Shown here in pieces: positions 1 through 11,188 of a stretch of DNA of 64,000 bases. The stretch spans positions 1,922,001 to 1,986,000 of the forward strand of contig NW_027191411.1 in assembly GCF_041146345.1 (NCBI RefSeq), read 5' to 3'. The notes beneath the pieces are model-generated. The model saw nothing but the letters and a program-made list of their open reading frames with translations. It did no database searches and had not been told where the DNA came from. The position numbers and the translations under genes are program-made. How positions within the stretch are numbered: position 1 is the first letter of the stretch; each line of letters begins with the position of its first letter. This DNA comes from Neodothiora populina. Lineage: Eukaryota.

Positions 1-1160
1 TTGTCTTCGAGAGTCTTCGAACACACGTAGCGCGAGACTCTTCTCCTCCTTTGAGCACGACTTGATCTTACTCAAGCAGAATCCGAGCGTAGCCCCGTCC
101 TCAAGACTCATTCCTGCTCCTGAGGCCAGATAGGGTAGAGTTGCGTGTACAGCATCGCCAAGCAAGGTAAACGTTGCTGACTCGTGCGACCAAGAGGTAT
201 CCAGTCCAGCACGGTAGCAAAGCTTCCACTTCTGCACAGATTGACAAAGGGCTAGCAGCTTGGGTATCCGGGGATCCCAATCCTTGTATAGTAGTCGCAT
301 CTCCTCCACGTTACCATCTAATGTCGTTGCATCGGCGGGCATGTCATCTGGTACCAAGAGGACCATGTTGAATAGGTCGCCGTCACGTAAGACGTAGTTG
401 ACGGCATGAGCGCCAGGACCCATCCAGTATCTGACCTTGTGTGGGTGCTCTAGCAGGGGAGCAAGATCTGGATCTTTGGCCATTTCCTTTGTGTTCAAGA
501 GCATACGATAAGCAAGATCGCCAGTCGGGGTAGGCGGGCTCGGCTTGCCTAGAAGAATCTCTCGGCAGGTTGAAAATATACCATCCGCGCCAACGACCAG
601 ATCCGCAGTCAGACATTCGCCGTTTTGCAAGAAGATAGTGGCAGTATCTTTGCCGTCTTCTTCGCATTTGATGTCAACGACTCGTGAGTTGATTTTGAAT
701 GTTGCGCCCAGTTCTTGCGCCCTGTCTAGCAGTGCGCGGTGTAGATCGGCTCTGTGGAAGTCCCAGAAAGGAGATTGATACTCGGCAATGGCGTCTGGGA
801 AAGACATGGATGAAAGCACCTTGCCTTTCCAATCAAGCATCATACAGTCAGTGGGGAATGTTGCATGTTTCAGCAAGGTCTCCTCCAGACCCCATTGTAT
901 CAATACTCTCGAACTATTGGGAAGGACTTGGATGCCGGCCCCAACTTCGGCAATCTTGGATGCACTCTCGAGGACATGGACTCGGTGGCCAGCGAGTAAT
1001 ATTGAGATGGCGGCTCCAAGACCTCCAAGACCAGCACCAATGACTATGACCTAATATATGTTCAGAACTCATCTTCAAATCAGCGAGCAATAAGACTCAC
1101 GTTCAATTGGTCTGCCTCAGCTCTCTCTTGCTTTACCAAGATTGGGATATGTGAAACCAT
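1..1160 (-). CDS. hxnX: FAD-dependent aromatic monooxygenase (salicylate hydroxylase / 6-hydroxynicotinate 3-monooxygenase family), HxnX-like; 3' end runs off the window
   Basis: Missed by the ORF track. Manual translation: exon 1 1160-1101, GT..AG intron 1100-1051, exon 2 1050-<1 open throughout. Motifs VIVIGAGLGGLGAA (GxGxxG), EVGAGIQVLPN, WDFHRADLH, DLVVGADG, LLGDAVHATLPYLASGAGMSLEDG. The family is secure; hxnX orthology is inferred from recalled similarity and cluster context. Confidence 0.85.
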
Positions 1161-2094
1161 GGCTTGTGTAAGATAATGATGCTATGAATCGTTGTTCGAA
1201 TTATCGAGGTCTCAAGCCTTGATGATATTTGTGCTCTCCTACACTGAACAAAGTTCTTGTTGAGAGTCTGATACCTGCATAATCAGACATCGTTCGGTCC
1301 TCGACTTATCAGTATATAAACAGATTACACGTCATGTAGCTACTACTGTATCGATGACCCTGCAGGCAAGGAGAGCAATGGTGGGCGTGTAAGGCCAGAT
1401 CGAGCCTACGCCAAGGATGGGGGTGGTTCCCCATTCCCCTCATGTCCATCCAACCCGATATCCCGGGAATTCAATATCGATCATAGGCAGATAAATGAGC
1501 CATGAGCAGCACTATCATTGATTTTTGTAGAGGTCGCATACTTCTCATGAGACAGGTTCGTACGTATTCGATCGTGAAGGGACAGATATGCCCAACCCTT
1601 GAATGATTGATTATTGTCAAGGGTCTACTGTGGCATACCTTCGAAGGGTCCTGTCAGTGCGCCGTTGCCTGCCGATCAACTCCCCCCTCAGCCCTGTCTC
1701 TACGCTGACTTCATGTGCTGCTACGTACAAAGTTCAATAATGTACTACCTGCCTAATCCTACCTCGGGTGAATCGAAATAGTAAGGTAAGTTAGTTTTCT
1801 GACCGTCGTTGGTTTCACGGTAGATCCGCCTCGTGTACTGGCTGAATATCGAGGAGTGGGGTACCTTAGCTCCTATCATGCACCATACACCGTAACTATG
1901 CACGCTTTCATGCAATTGGTTCGCCTGTATATGCATATCTGACCTATCAGATACGCGGCATCTATTGCTTACATACCGGTTTTCAATCATAAAGCTGATA
2001 TCCTCGTGACCTTTGCGACCTGCGATCATAAACTACAGTGTACTGCTCAAAGGCCTCCTCAGAATTTACATTACCAGTGAAACTAGGACTCACA
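1161..2094. promoter_or_regulatory. Divergent promoter (monooxygenase / P450) with GHGGGG and GATAA motifs
   Basis: CCCCTC 1436-1441 and 1684-1689, GTGGGG 1856-1861, inverted ATGGGG-N6-CCCCAT 1417-1434, and GATAA-type sites at about 1171, 1305 and 1489. Confidence 0.5.
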
Positions 2095-3703
2095 ATGGAG
2101 CTCTCTCGTTATTTTACGCTGATCTGCGTGTTCCTACCAATATGGTTTTGCATGTACTATATCTTGCCCTACTTCACCACGTATAAAAGCCACAGGACTA
2201 TTCCTGGACCATTTGTTGCGAAATTCAGTAACATTTGGCTGGCGTCACACACCAAGAAAGGTAGAAAGTTTGCTGCTGTTGATGCCGCTCATCGTAAGTA
2301 TGGGAAGGTGGTCCGTGTTGGCTACAACTTCATCTCCATCGCGGATGAGAGAGGTCTTCACACGGTCTATGCGCATGGTAATGGATTTTTAAAGGAGTGA
2401 GTAACCTTTTCTTCCACTATATGCGCGCTGGGCTGATTTAGATTGAAGTCACTTCTACGAGGCATTTGTATCTGGTGTTCCAGGGGTCTTTAACGTCAGA
2501 GACCGCGTTGACCACACTCGGAAGCGTAAGATTATTGCTCATGCCTTCTCTCCTGGGGCCGTTGTGGCATTCGAAAGCCACATGACAGACAATCTACGTC
2601 GTTGGATCAGGCAATTGGACCGTATCGCGTCGACACCAACACGTGAGGGCGGGTACGCAGAGTTCAACATTATGCCATGGTGCACTTTTATCGCCTTCGA
2701 TATCATAGGAGACCTTGCATTTGGGGCACCATTCGGCATGGTCGAGAAGGGTCGTGATGAGTGTGAAGCCCAGTTCGTCAAAGATGGACCGATTATCCTC
2801 GCTCCTGGTGCCGAAACGTTAAACCGTAGAGGCGAAGTCAGCTCTACGCTTGGTTTACTCTTGCCAATCCGTCCATACGCCAAGTACCTGCCGGATCCAT
2901 TCTTCTCAAAAGGTCTCGAGTCGGTAAGAAATCTGCACGGTATCGCCGAAGTTGCAGTCAACAAACGTCTCGACGCGGCAGAAAAGGGTGAAATGGGTGG
3001 GAAGCGACGCAACGACATCCTGGACATGCTTGTTCGAAGCAAGGATGCCAATGGTAACCCTATGGGCCGCGAGGAGCTCGTTTCAGAAGCCTTGACCGAA
3101 TTGATTGCTGGTAGTGATACTGTATCCAACACCACATGCGCAATCTTCTATTGGGTCCTGCATGGCGAGCGAGCCGCACCGGGAACAATTGTTTCACGCT
3201 TACAGGCTGAGCTTGATGCTGCTGTCCCAGCCGGGGAGATTGCGACGCATGCTCAGGTCAAGAACCTGCCCTTCCTGCGTAGGTGTATCGATGAGGCTAT
3301 GCGTCTTCATTCGACTTCTGCTTTGGGTCTTCCTCGGATAGTCACGAGTGAGATGGGTGTTGAGTTCGACGGTATTCATTTTCCGAAAGGCACGGTTCTT
3401 TCGGTCCCGAGTTACACGATCCACCATGATGCTGATGTCTGGGGTCCCGACGTTGAAGAGTTCAGACCTGATAGGTGGCTTCCTGGCAACCTGACCGAGA
3501 GACAGAAGATCTGCTTCAACCCGTTCTCGTACGGGCCTCGTGCTTGCGTTGGTCAGAATGTAGCACATATGGAGCTGGCTCTGATCATCGGAACGGCTTT
3601 CAGGAGATATGACTTCACACTCTATCAGGAGCGCCTAGAGTCACACGAAGGATTCTCGAAGAAGCCTAACGAGTGTTATGTTGGAATCAAGCGAAGGATG
3701 TAG
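2095..3703 (+). CDS. Cytochrome P450, CYP53 (benzoate 4-monooxygenase)-like, 518 aa
   Basis: Exons 2095-2396 and 2449-3703 (GTGAGT..AAG intron). N-terminal TM anchor, I-helix LIAGSDT, ExxR (DEAMR), FRPDRW, heme motif FSYGPRACVG. CYP53-type segments LNRRGEVSSTLG and HSTSALGLPR. Confidence 0.92.
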
Positions 3704-4379
3704 ATGTCCGATCGCGCTGTATGGGAAAAGTCCTGTTGAGCTAGTGCAAATACAAGCATATCATTCTCATGACCACTTGAGTTTGTCACATCTAAATCGC
3801 AAGCCATGGCCACCCCACTCAATCCCACTGCGCACAGATCTACTGTAGCAACATCTAGGCACACCTGAAGCAAGAAGTCTCGAGTCAGTACAGCATCGGA
3901 CCCTGCTTTCCAAAACACTGAGATGTGTTTCCGATGTGTTTACAAGGGTCAAGATTCCTCAACGATAGGCTGGCTCATCATCATACCCCGCCAAACCCAA
4001 GCGTCAATTGGCCCACTGAGAATCAACCGATAAGCAAACGTGGGGGTCTTTCGCTGCCTATCAACCATCGGACCCTTGAACTTTTTGTGGTTGACTTACG
4101 AAGGTACTGAGCAGCACTGTGGAAACCTCGACACGCAGATTGTTGCGTTGCATCGCAAGCATAACGGAACATCTCAAACACATTTGCTGTGACACTGTAG
4201 ACGCACCCCACTCTGTGTGCCACTTCCGCCATTCCAAGGACACAACTTCTGGTTGAGCATGGACCATTGAGGTTTTAGTTAACAATGGCGATGTGCCTTT
4301 GCTTCTGTTTACTTTCTTTCATTCCGCTTCGTCTTCTTGCATTCTATCACGTGAACCCGAGAAACAAAGTATAAGCAAA

Positions 4380-5654
4380 ATGCCTGCCGCCACATCGCCT
4401 CCGCAATTCACACCCCTCAAGGACACTGTCCTGTTCAAGCCATGGAAATTGGGCTCCTTGTCATTGGAGCACCGCATTGTGCAAGCCCCCTTGACCCGTA
4501 TGAGATGCTCTCAAGATGCTGAAGGAATCAATGTGCCATCAGACATGATGGTGGAGTACTACGGCCAGAGAGCTAGCAAGGGCGGCCTACAATTGACCGA
4601 GGCTACTGATATCTCTCGCTGGGCAAGTGGATATCCTGGAGTTCCTGGTCTTTTCGCCGACTCGCAGATTGCCGGATGGAAGAAGGTCACAGATGCCGTG
4701 CACGCAAAGGGTGGTTTCATTTACTGCCAGATGTGGCACACCGGCAGAGCATCCCCGAAGGGACTGCTCAACGGCCAGCAGCCAATCAGTGCAAGCGATA
4801 TCCCCATCTCGGGCAAGGCTTTGGACGGCACCGAGTACGGTGATGCTCCTCCAAGGCCCATGACTGTCGAGGAGATCCACGGGGTTACCGCCGACTTCGC
4901 AAAGGCTGCTAAGCACGCACTGGAGGCAGGATTCGATGGTGTTGAGGTTCACGGTTAGTCGTTCCGATTCATTTGTTATAGAGCAGTACTAACATGAATC
5001 GAAGGTGCCAACGGCTATCTCCTCGATCAATTCCTTCACGACAACGTCAACAAGCGAACCGACGCATACGGTGGCTCCGTAGAGGGCCGCTGCCGTTTCC
5101 CTCTCGAAGTCATCAAGGCTGTCTGTGGAGCCATCGGAGCTGACAAGGTCGGCGTACGTCTATCGCCATACAACTATTTCCAAGACACCAAGGACAGTGA
5201 TCCCAACGCACACTGGGCCTATATGTGCGAGCAGATCGCAGCTCTCGCCGAGAACGAGCGACCTTCATATGTTCACAGCGTAGAGCCGCGTTTCGACGAG
5301 GTCCTCGATGAGCAGGCTAAGCTCGACGCTCTATCAGCTTACAAGACTGGCGCTGGTGCAGAGGCAGAAACAACACGCAAGACTGCACACTCACTCATTC
5401 CATTACGCCGCATCCTACAAAAGGGTGGCGTGAAGTTCTTCACCGCTGGCGCTTTCAACCGGGATAATGCAGTTCCCAAACTTGAGGCTGATGACGCAGA
5501 TGCCATCGTTATGGGTAGATGGTTTATCGCCAACCCCGATCTACCGAGACGTCTTGCGGAGGGACTTCCGCTCAACGCCTATGATCGTACTACCTTCTAC
5601 GGAGGAAACGAGAAGGGATATACTGACTACCCGTCCTTCACTGGTTCTTCTTAG
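4380..5654 (+). CDS. hxnT: Old yellow enzyme (NADH:flavin oxidoreductase), HxnT-like
   Basis: Exons 4380-4953 and 5005-5654. Splicing restores the catalytic HGANGY. Also APLTRMR, YYGQRAS, QMWHTGR, GRWFIANPDLP, TFYGG..GYTDYP. hxnT orthology is inferred from recalled similarity (RLSPYNYFQDT, EPRFDE) and adjacency to the hxnR-like gene. Confidence 0.88.
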
Positions 5655-6334
5655 TAGCTGCATATAGATTCCCCTTAAGTTATAGCATACATTACCACAA
5701 CTTTGCTCGACGTTGCCAACGACCATAGTGATCCTGTTTGTCATTTCGGAGTGTGTATTGTATGGCATGTCAAATTGACCCCCACTCTTGATAGAGAGGA
5801 GATAAGGTAGGCTTGGAGGTAATCCATACGCTTGGACCAGCAGCTTACCTTTATTATGGTACAGGCAAATAGGCTAACGTCTGCATACCTGGGGTACGGC
5901 TATACGACCAATCAGTCTACACCAGTTGGTTGGTCTGTACGTCCCGTTTTTCGGCCGCGGCAGATGTAGGAATATAATTGCTCTTTCACGATTGGTTAGG
6001 TCAAGGGAGTGGCACATGTGGGAGTCGGCAATTGGTCAACTACTTCGGATCATGGAAGGATCCTGCTAAACGGTTCGAGTGGCGGCTCCTTCTCGAGGTC
6101 CAGTTCCACGGCGTTGAGCCCCGCCAAAGATAGGCTGTCTGTTATCGCGGGAATTAATCATTGTACTCTGTGTGCAGTATGAGCCCTCAATGAGTCCAAT
6201 TCGGGTTACTTTACATTGCCTCATTCAAGTCGGACATCCGCTTTGATATTTTGGATTGTTTCGTCGATGGTCATTCTCTTGCAAACGTCCACAGCTTGTG
6301 CGAACTGCGTTTCAAGTATCAACTATCTACAGAA

Positions 6335-9285
6335 ATGGTGAAGAGAGCGAAGAAGTTCAGCTGCACATTCGAAGGCTGTGATAGAGCTTTCACTCGTCAA
6401 GAGCATCTCCAACGGCATAGCCAGAATCACTTGGGTGGCGATTATACTTGTGATCGCTGCCGCGCTCATTTCAAGCGACGTGATCTTCTTGATAGACATA
6501 TCACTCGCCACTTGGAAAAGGACGCCGAAGGAAGGTCGCTGATGACGCGGAAACGCTCATGGAAGGACGCGGATGGGAATATAGTTGCTAAGAGGCCGAC
6601 TCTGGAACCTGAGAAGAATGGCGCAGAAGAAAGCAATGCAAATGGGCCACACCCAATCTCTCCAGCTTCAGCACTAGTCTCGGAACCGCACCAGACGTCA
6701 GTTTCCAATGTCACTGAACCTCGCCGACCGTCTGCCGTCGACGACTCATGGACTCGACCTCAACACGATGATCTTCCTCTGAACGACACCATCAATTCCT
6801 TCCGGGAGGAAGACACATTCTGGGAGGTGCCTGCTGCAAAGGGCAACGACGATCAGATTGTCAATGAAGACGTAATCGGTGACAATGTCTTCAATCCAGA
6901 TACTGGTGAGTTCATCGGCGGCATCATATTAAATCGAACCAAGGCACTGATATCAAAAAGCGAGCTCGTTCAATATGCCATTTACCACGATGAGCAACTA
7001 CAACTGGTTATTCGATCTTGACCCTAACACATCTAACGCTTTCCCTATGGAGGGTCTCTACTTCGACTCGTTACCGTCTCCGAAGCCTTCAGAGACAATG
7101 CAGGCGACGAATGAGCGGTTCGATGCGGGCCATTTTGTTGAAGCTGTGATCCCTTCGGCGGATCACATGGACTCACACCCTACAGCGGACGGCCGAGTAC
7201 CAGGGTTATCTCCAATGGCATCTATGCCCATCATTCAAACTACGAACAACCATCACTCTCAGTCGCCTAACGCGGAACGGTTCCCGGTCACGAGCAATGC
7301 AAGTGACTCATCTGCCTTGACTGCCACTAGATGGCAATCTTCGCATGCGGGATCCGTAACCCATGCTACTTCCGTGACGACTGCAAGTCAATCAGGAGGT
7401 AGTCCAGCGCGGATCCAGTCCAAGTCATCGCCTCAAGCGGAAATAGAGCGTCCTATGGCGCATCTCAATCAAAATGGCAGCTTTCCCACGCTCGACGCAA
7501 TTGCACGCTCTCAGGTCTTGCAGCTCATTGAGACCATGAAGCCTGTGATGCCTGATGGCTCCTTCGTGACTGCAGATCACCCTCTTCTGTCATTATCTTT
7601 CTTGCAAACTTATTCTGATCTATACTTTTCTCGTTTCAACACGGCTTACCCTCTCATACACCAACCAACGTTCGATCCTTCCCGAACCGACACTCTCCTC
7701 TTGATATCCATTCTACTCCTAGGAGCCACATACTGTGAGAAGGATGCACATCAATTGGCAGTAAGTCTTGAAAATCCTCGATCACCCAACATACAATATT
7801 GTCGCTGACCAACTCAGGTATGTATTCATGATGTCCTACGGCCGCAAATCTTCGCTCATGCAAGCTTTGATGCTCGCGCGGAGTTGTGGATGTTACAGAC
7901 AATCTTACTGGTAGAATGTTTCGGTAAATCTAGAGCCGGACAAAAGCAACACGACATGTCACACCTGTTTCACGGGCTACTCATCAATCTTATTCGACGT
8001 AGTGACTGTCAATCGATTCGTTTAGATGCTCCTCGTGATGGTCATAAAGACTTGGAGGATAATTGGAGGGATTGGGTCGAGGCAGAGCAGAAGAAAAGGT
8101 CCGTCAATCATGCTTACAGGGACGAAAACCCCACTGATAAACTCCAGGCTGGCCCTACTCTGCTTCATGTGGGACACTCAGCATGCTGTCTTGTTCTGTC
8201 AATCCCTTTGCATGTCAGCCTTTGAGCTACTTTCCACCTTACCATGCGATCAACAAATTTGGGAAGCGGCGTCCGCGGAGGAGTGGGCAAGGCTTCAGGA
8301 GAAGCAGAAACCATTACCACTGTTTTTGACGGTCCTCAAGTCGTATCTGTCTGCAAAGGCACCTCCAGCTGCTCGAGAACTCAACGCTCTTTCGAGAGTA
8401 CTGCTTCTTCATGGCTTAATGTCGATCGCTTGGGATATGAACCGAAGAGATCAAACTTCTTTAGGTATGGGCTCGTGGCTAGATCAAAAGTCTCATAGAC
8501 TAAGTCTTGCAGGTATCATGGGCAATGATCTTTTGGGGGATTGGAGACAACGAATCGCAAATGCATACGACACCTGGAAGGCCGACTTCGACGCATACAC
8601 TATGTCCATCACTCAGATCCTTGCTTCACCATCTGCCAGCGCGGTGGTAACTTCTTCTGATCAACGCCGACGAGCCCGCTCTGAATTCTGGATATACACG
8701 ACTGTCAATTGTGGTCTCTACCATGCCGCCCACGTGATGCTATTTTCAAACTTCCTGGACTTACAAATTTACGCGGGTGCACGACATATTCTGGGCCATC
8801 CAGTTGGCAAAGCGGACTACGCTCGCTCTCAGCGTGTAGCGAAGCGCTGGGCCACTGAGGATATATTGCATTCCTCTAAGGCGGCGTGGCATGCGGCGCA
8901 AATCATCAAGGATACAGTTATGAACCTGGAAGATTTTGACGCGGGAGGTTTATTTATTCACCCGTGGTGTTTGTATCTGGCGACGATAACCATATGGAGT
9001 TTCAATCACGCCCAGCCATTTGCGAACGACGGCTTCAATGAAGGAGAGGACGAGATGGTATGGGATGCTTCCGCCGACATGAACGCTTTGATCAGTAGTA
9101 TGACTAGTGGGACGTCTGAGCAGCTTGCCAGATCAGTGGCTGCGAACAAGTCGGTACGTACGGCCGGTCTGACAGCCGTTATTGCTACGCATCTGAGCAA
9201 GGTCCGCTGGGCCATCATTCACGAGGGTATGCTGGTACTGAAAGGCCTGGTTCCATGGCGACTGATCGGAGATAACCCACGATGA
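6335..9285 (+). CDS. hxnR: C2H2 zinc-finger plus fungal-specific TF domain regulator, HxnR-like (nicotinate cluster activator)
   Basis: Two Adr1/AmdX-type fingers (CTFEGCDRAFTRQEHLQRHSQNH; CDRCRAHFKRRDLLDRHITRH). Introns 6906-6960, 7761-7817, 8099-8147 and 8465-8512 join the ORF pieces in frame. HxnR-like segments TRKRSWKDADGNIV, PDTASSFNMPFTTMSNYNWLFD, HPWCLYLAT, KVRWA. Confidence 0.82.
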
Positions 9286-10793
9286 CTTTGATACTCGCAC
9301 TCAAGCTAGAGTTACCATAATGATTACGGCAATACACGCATTCACGCAAGTATCAGATTACGGATACAGAGACCATTGATCATGTCGCTTTCCGATGTGA
9401 GGATACTCTAAACAGCCTGTGCATGTCTCAAACTTGAATACCACAGTCAGCGTTGTTTTCACACCAGCAAGTTTATGCAGTACGGCTGGGAGTGATGATC
9501 CGTCGAGTTCTACCGGTCTACGCAAGTTCACGCTGAGTAGCGACGTGGCCGAGTATCCATCTCGCCTTCCTTCCCAAGCAGGTGTCTCACACGATCTGTC
9601 AGCTCAAGCGGCGAAACACATACGAGTTTGGAAGTAGCATCCCCAGCAACAATCCCTAGCCGAGACGGTCCCCAGCATATCAAGAATCTAGCCCTTCGAG
9701 TTCGGCGTCAATTGCGAAACCACAGCGCGAGTAATCTTCGCGCTCGGAGAAAACACCGGTAGCTGCACAGACAAGTATCACTTGCCAAAGGTCAGCAAGA
9801 TAGCTTCTTATGACCGATCGCAACACGAGGGATAGTGCCCAGCCTAGATCGTCGACCGAAAGCGGACAAACAAACATCGACGCAACTTTGCGGTAAAGGC
9901 TGGGCATGAATGCGCCTTTCGAGGCGACTCCGTTGTCCTATGAACACTCTGGATTAAGCGCAGCCTCGATGGGAATGCATGTCAGTCGCATGTAACCTAG
10001 ATCTATGGAATGAGCGGGCGAGTCTGGGGCTCGCATAACACGTTTTCTGTACTCTGCTGCATGGCTTGTTACACAACATGTTCGTGGCTTGCCTTGGGCT
10101 ACTGTTCTGCTCGGAAGCTCCGAAGTGATATCCGTCACATATGCATCGTCCCGGACGGCAAACTACTCGTTCATCACCCTGCCACCGCACGAGAAAGCGC
10201 ATAATGTCAGTCACCACACAATCATACGTTGTAGGCCCCCTTGCGCTTCTGAGACTTCGATCCTCACCGTCTTAGTATCAGTGATCATTGGAGGGGATCC
10301 GCATTCACCATTACACTGCAGATTGCATCTAGCTACCCCTCAAAACACGGCGTCCATGAAGACAAGAGCACGACTGATAAGACATCCTGATCTGCGCGGC
10401 TTCATGCTCCCTTCTGCACGTTGCCTTCAGAGCCACTTCACACCTGACACTCTGCTACTGCACGACGCCGTCGCACCCGCACAGGACAACTCCATCATCT
10501 CGCTTGCTCGTGGATCTTCGGAATACCTTATCCACGATTCACAGCATATGTCGCTTGAGGCTATTGCTGCTGCGCCACCCTCCCTCCCCGCGCTTCTGCA
10601 GTCGTTGAAATTCCCATATCGGGAACGAGGCGCATGTCACCACCCCTGTCGGTGCAGGGGATCAACTACACACCATGATCCTTCCCGGGTGAGATCGGTT
10701 TCTGTCATGAAATTTTCATTATATCGTGAAGCGTTCTCTTTTAGTCTAGTATCTAGAGTCCTCGTGTCATATTGAAGTCTTCCAAAGGATGGA

Positions 10794-11188
10794 TCATTCA
10801 GAAGTTGATTCTCGTTGCTGATTCTGAGAATACGGATCATTGATGCTGGACGAAGGGGCCAATTGCCGTTCCATCTCGTCAGTTGCGGCTTGGAGACTGA
10901 TGCCGAAAATCGATGAGAGGTAAGCTGCGTAGCGTTCACGATAGGCGGCGGTGATGCGTTGAGTGCTTGTTATTGTGACCATTGGTATTGCTGGACGAAC
11001 TTTCACACAGAAAAATCAGTCTGCCAGTCCAAACAGCATCTCGTAGAGCTGAACTTACCAGATTGCAGGATGGCGCTATGGTGGAGAGGCTGATCGATGG
11101 ATGTGATACTCGATGATCTTGAGTCACTTGTTGTCGAAGCTCCCGGAGCGTGCGATATGGGAATAGCATAGTGCTCAGTTGAAGACAT
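10794..11188 (-). CDS. Small two-exon hypothetical protein (~108-111 aa)
   Basis: Exon 1 11188-11059 (MSSTEHYAIP...LQS) ends at a GTAAGT donor, with a CTGAT branch-like site. Acceptors at 10999 or 10990 both restore the frame into ...AYRERYAAYLSSIFGISLQAATDEMERQLAP...*. TATA-like sequence at about 11270. Confidence 0.6.

Noticed and set aside
6060..6100. GGTTCGA T-loop-like motifs (also about 14285, 19580, 55267)
   Set aside because: No cloverleaf stems could be built around them, so they are not called as tRNAs.
1..9285. Secondary-metabolite biosynthetic cluster or ordinary benzoate cluster
   Set aside because: No backbone synthase is present. The OYE, monooxygenase and C2H2 regulator together fit the hxn regulon better, although the left-adjacent sequence is unseen.
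10089..10775. 228-aa plus-strand ORF
   Set aside because: Non-ATG start, no recognisable motifs and non-coding-like composition. It probably overlaps the 3' region of the small minus-strand gene.
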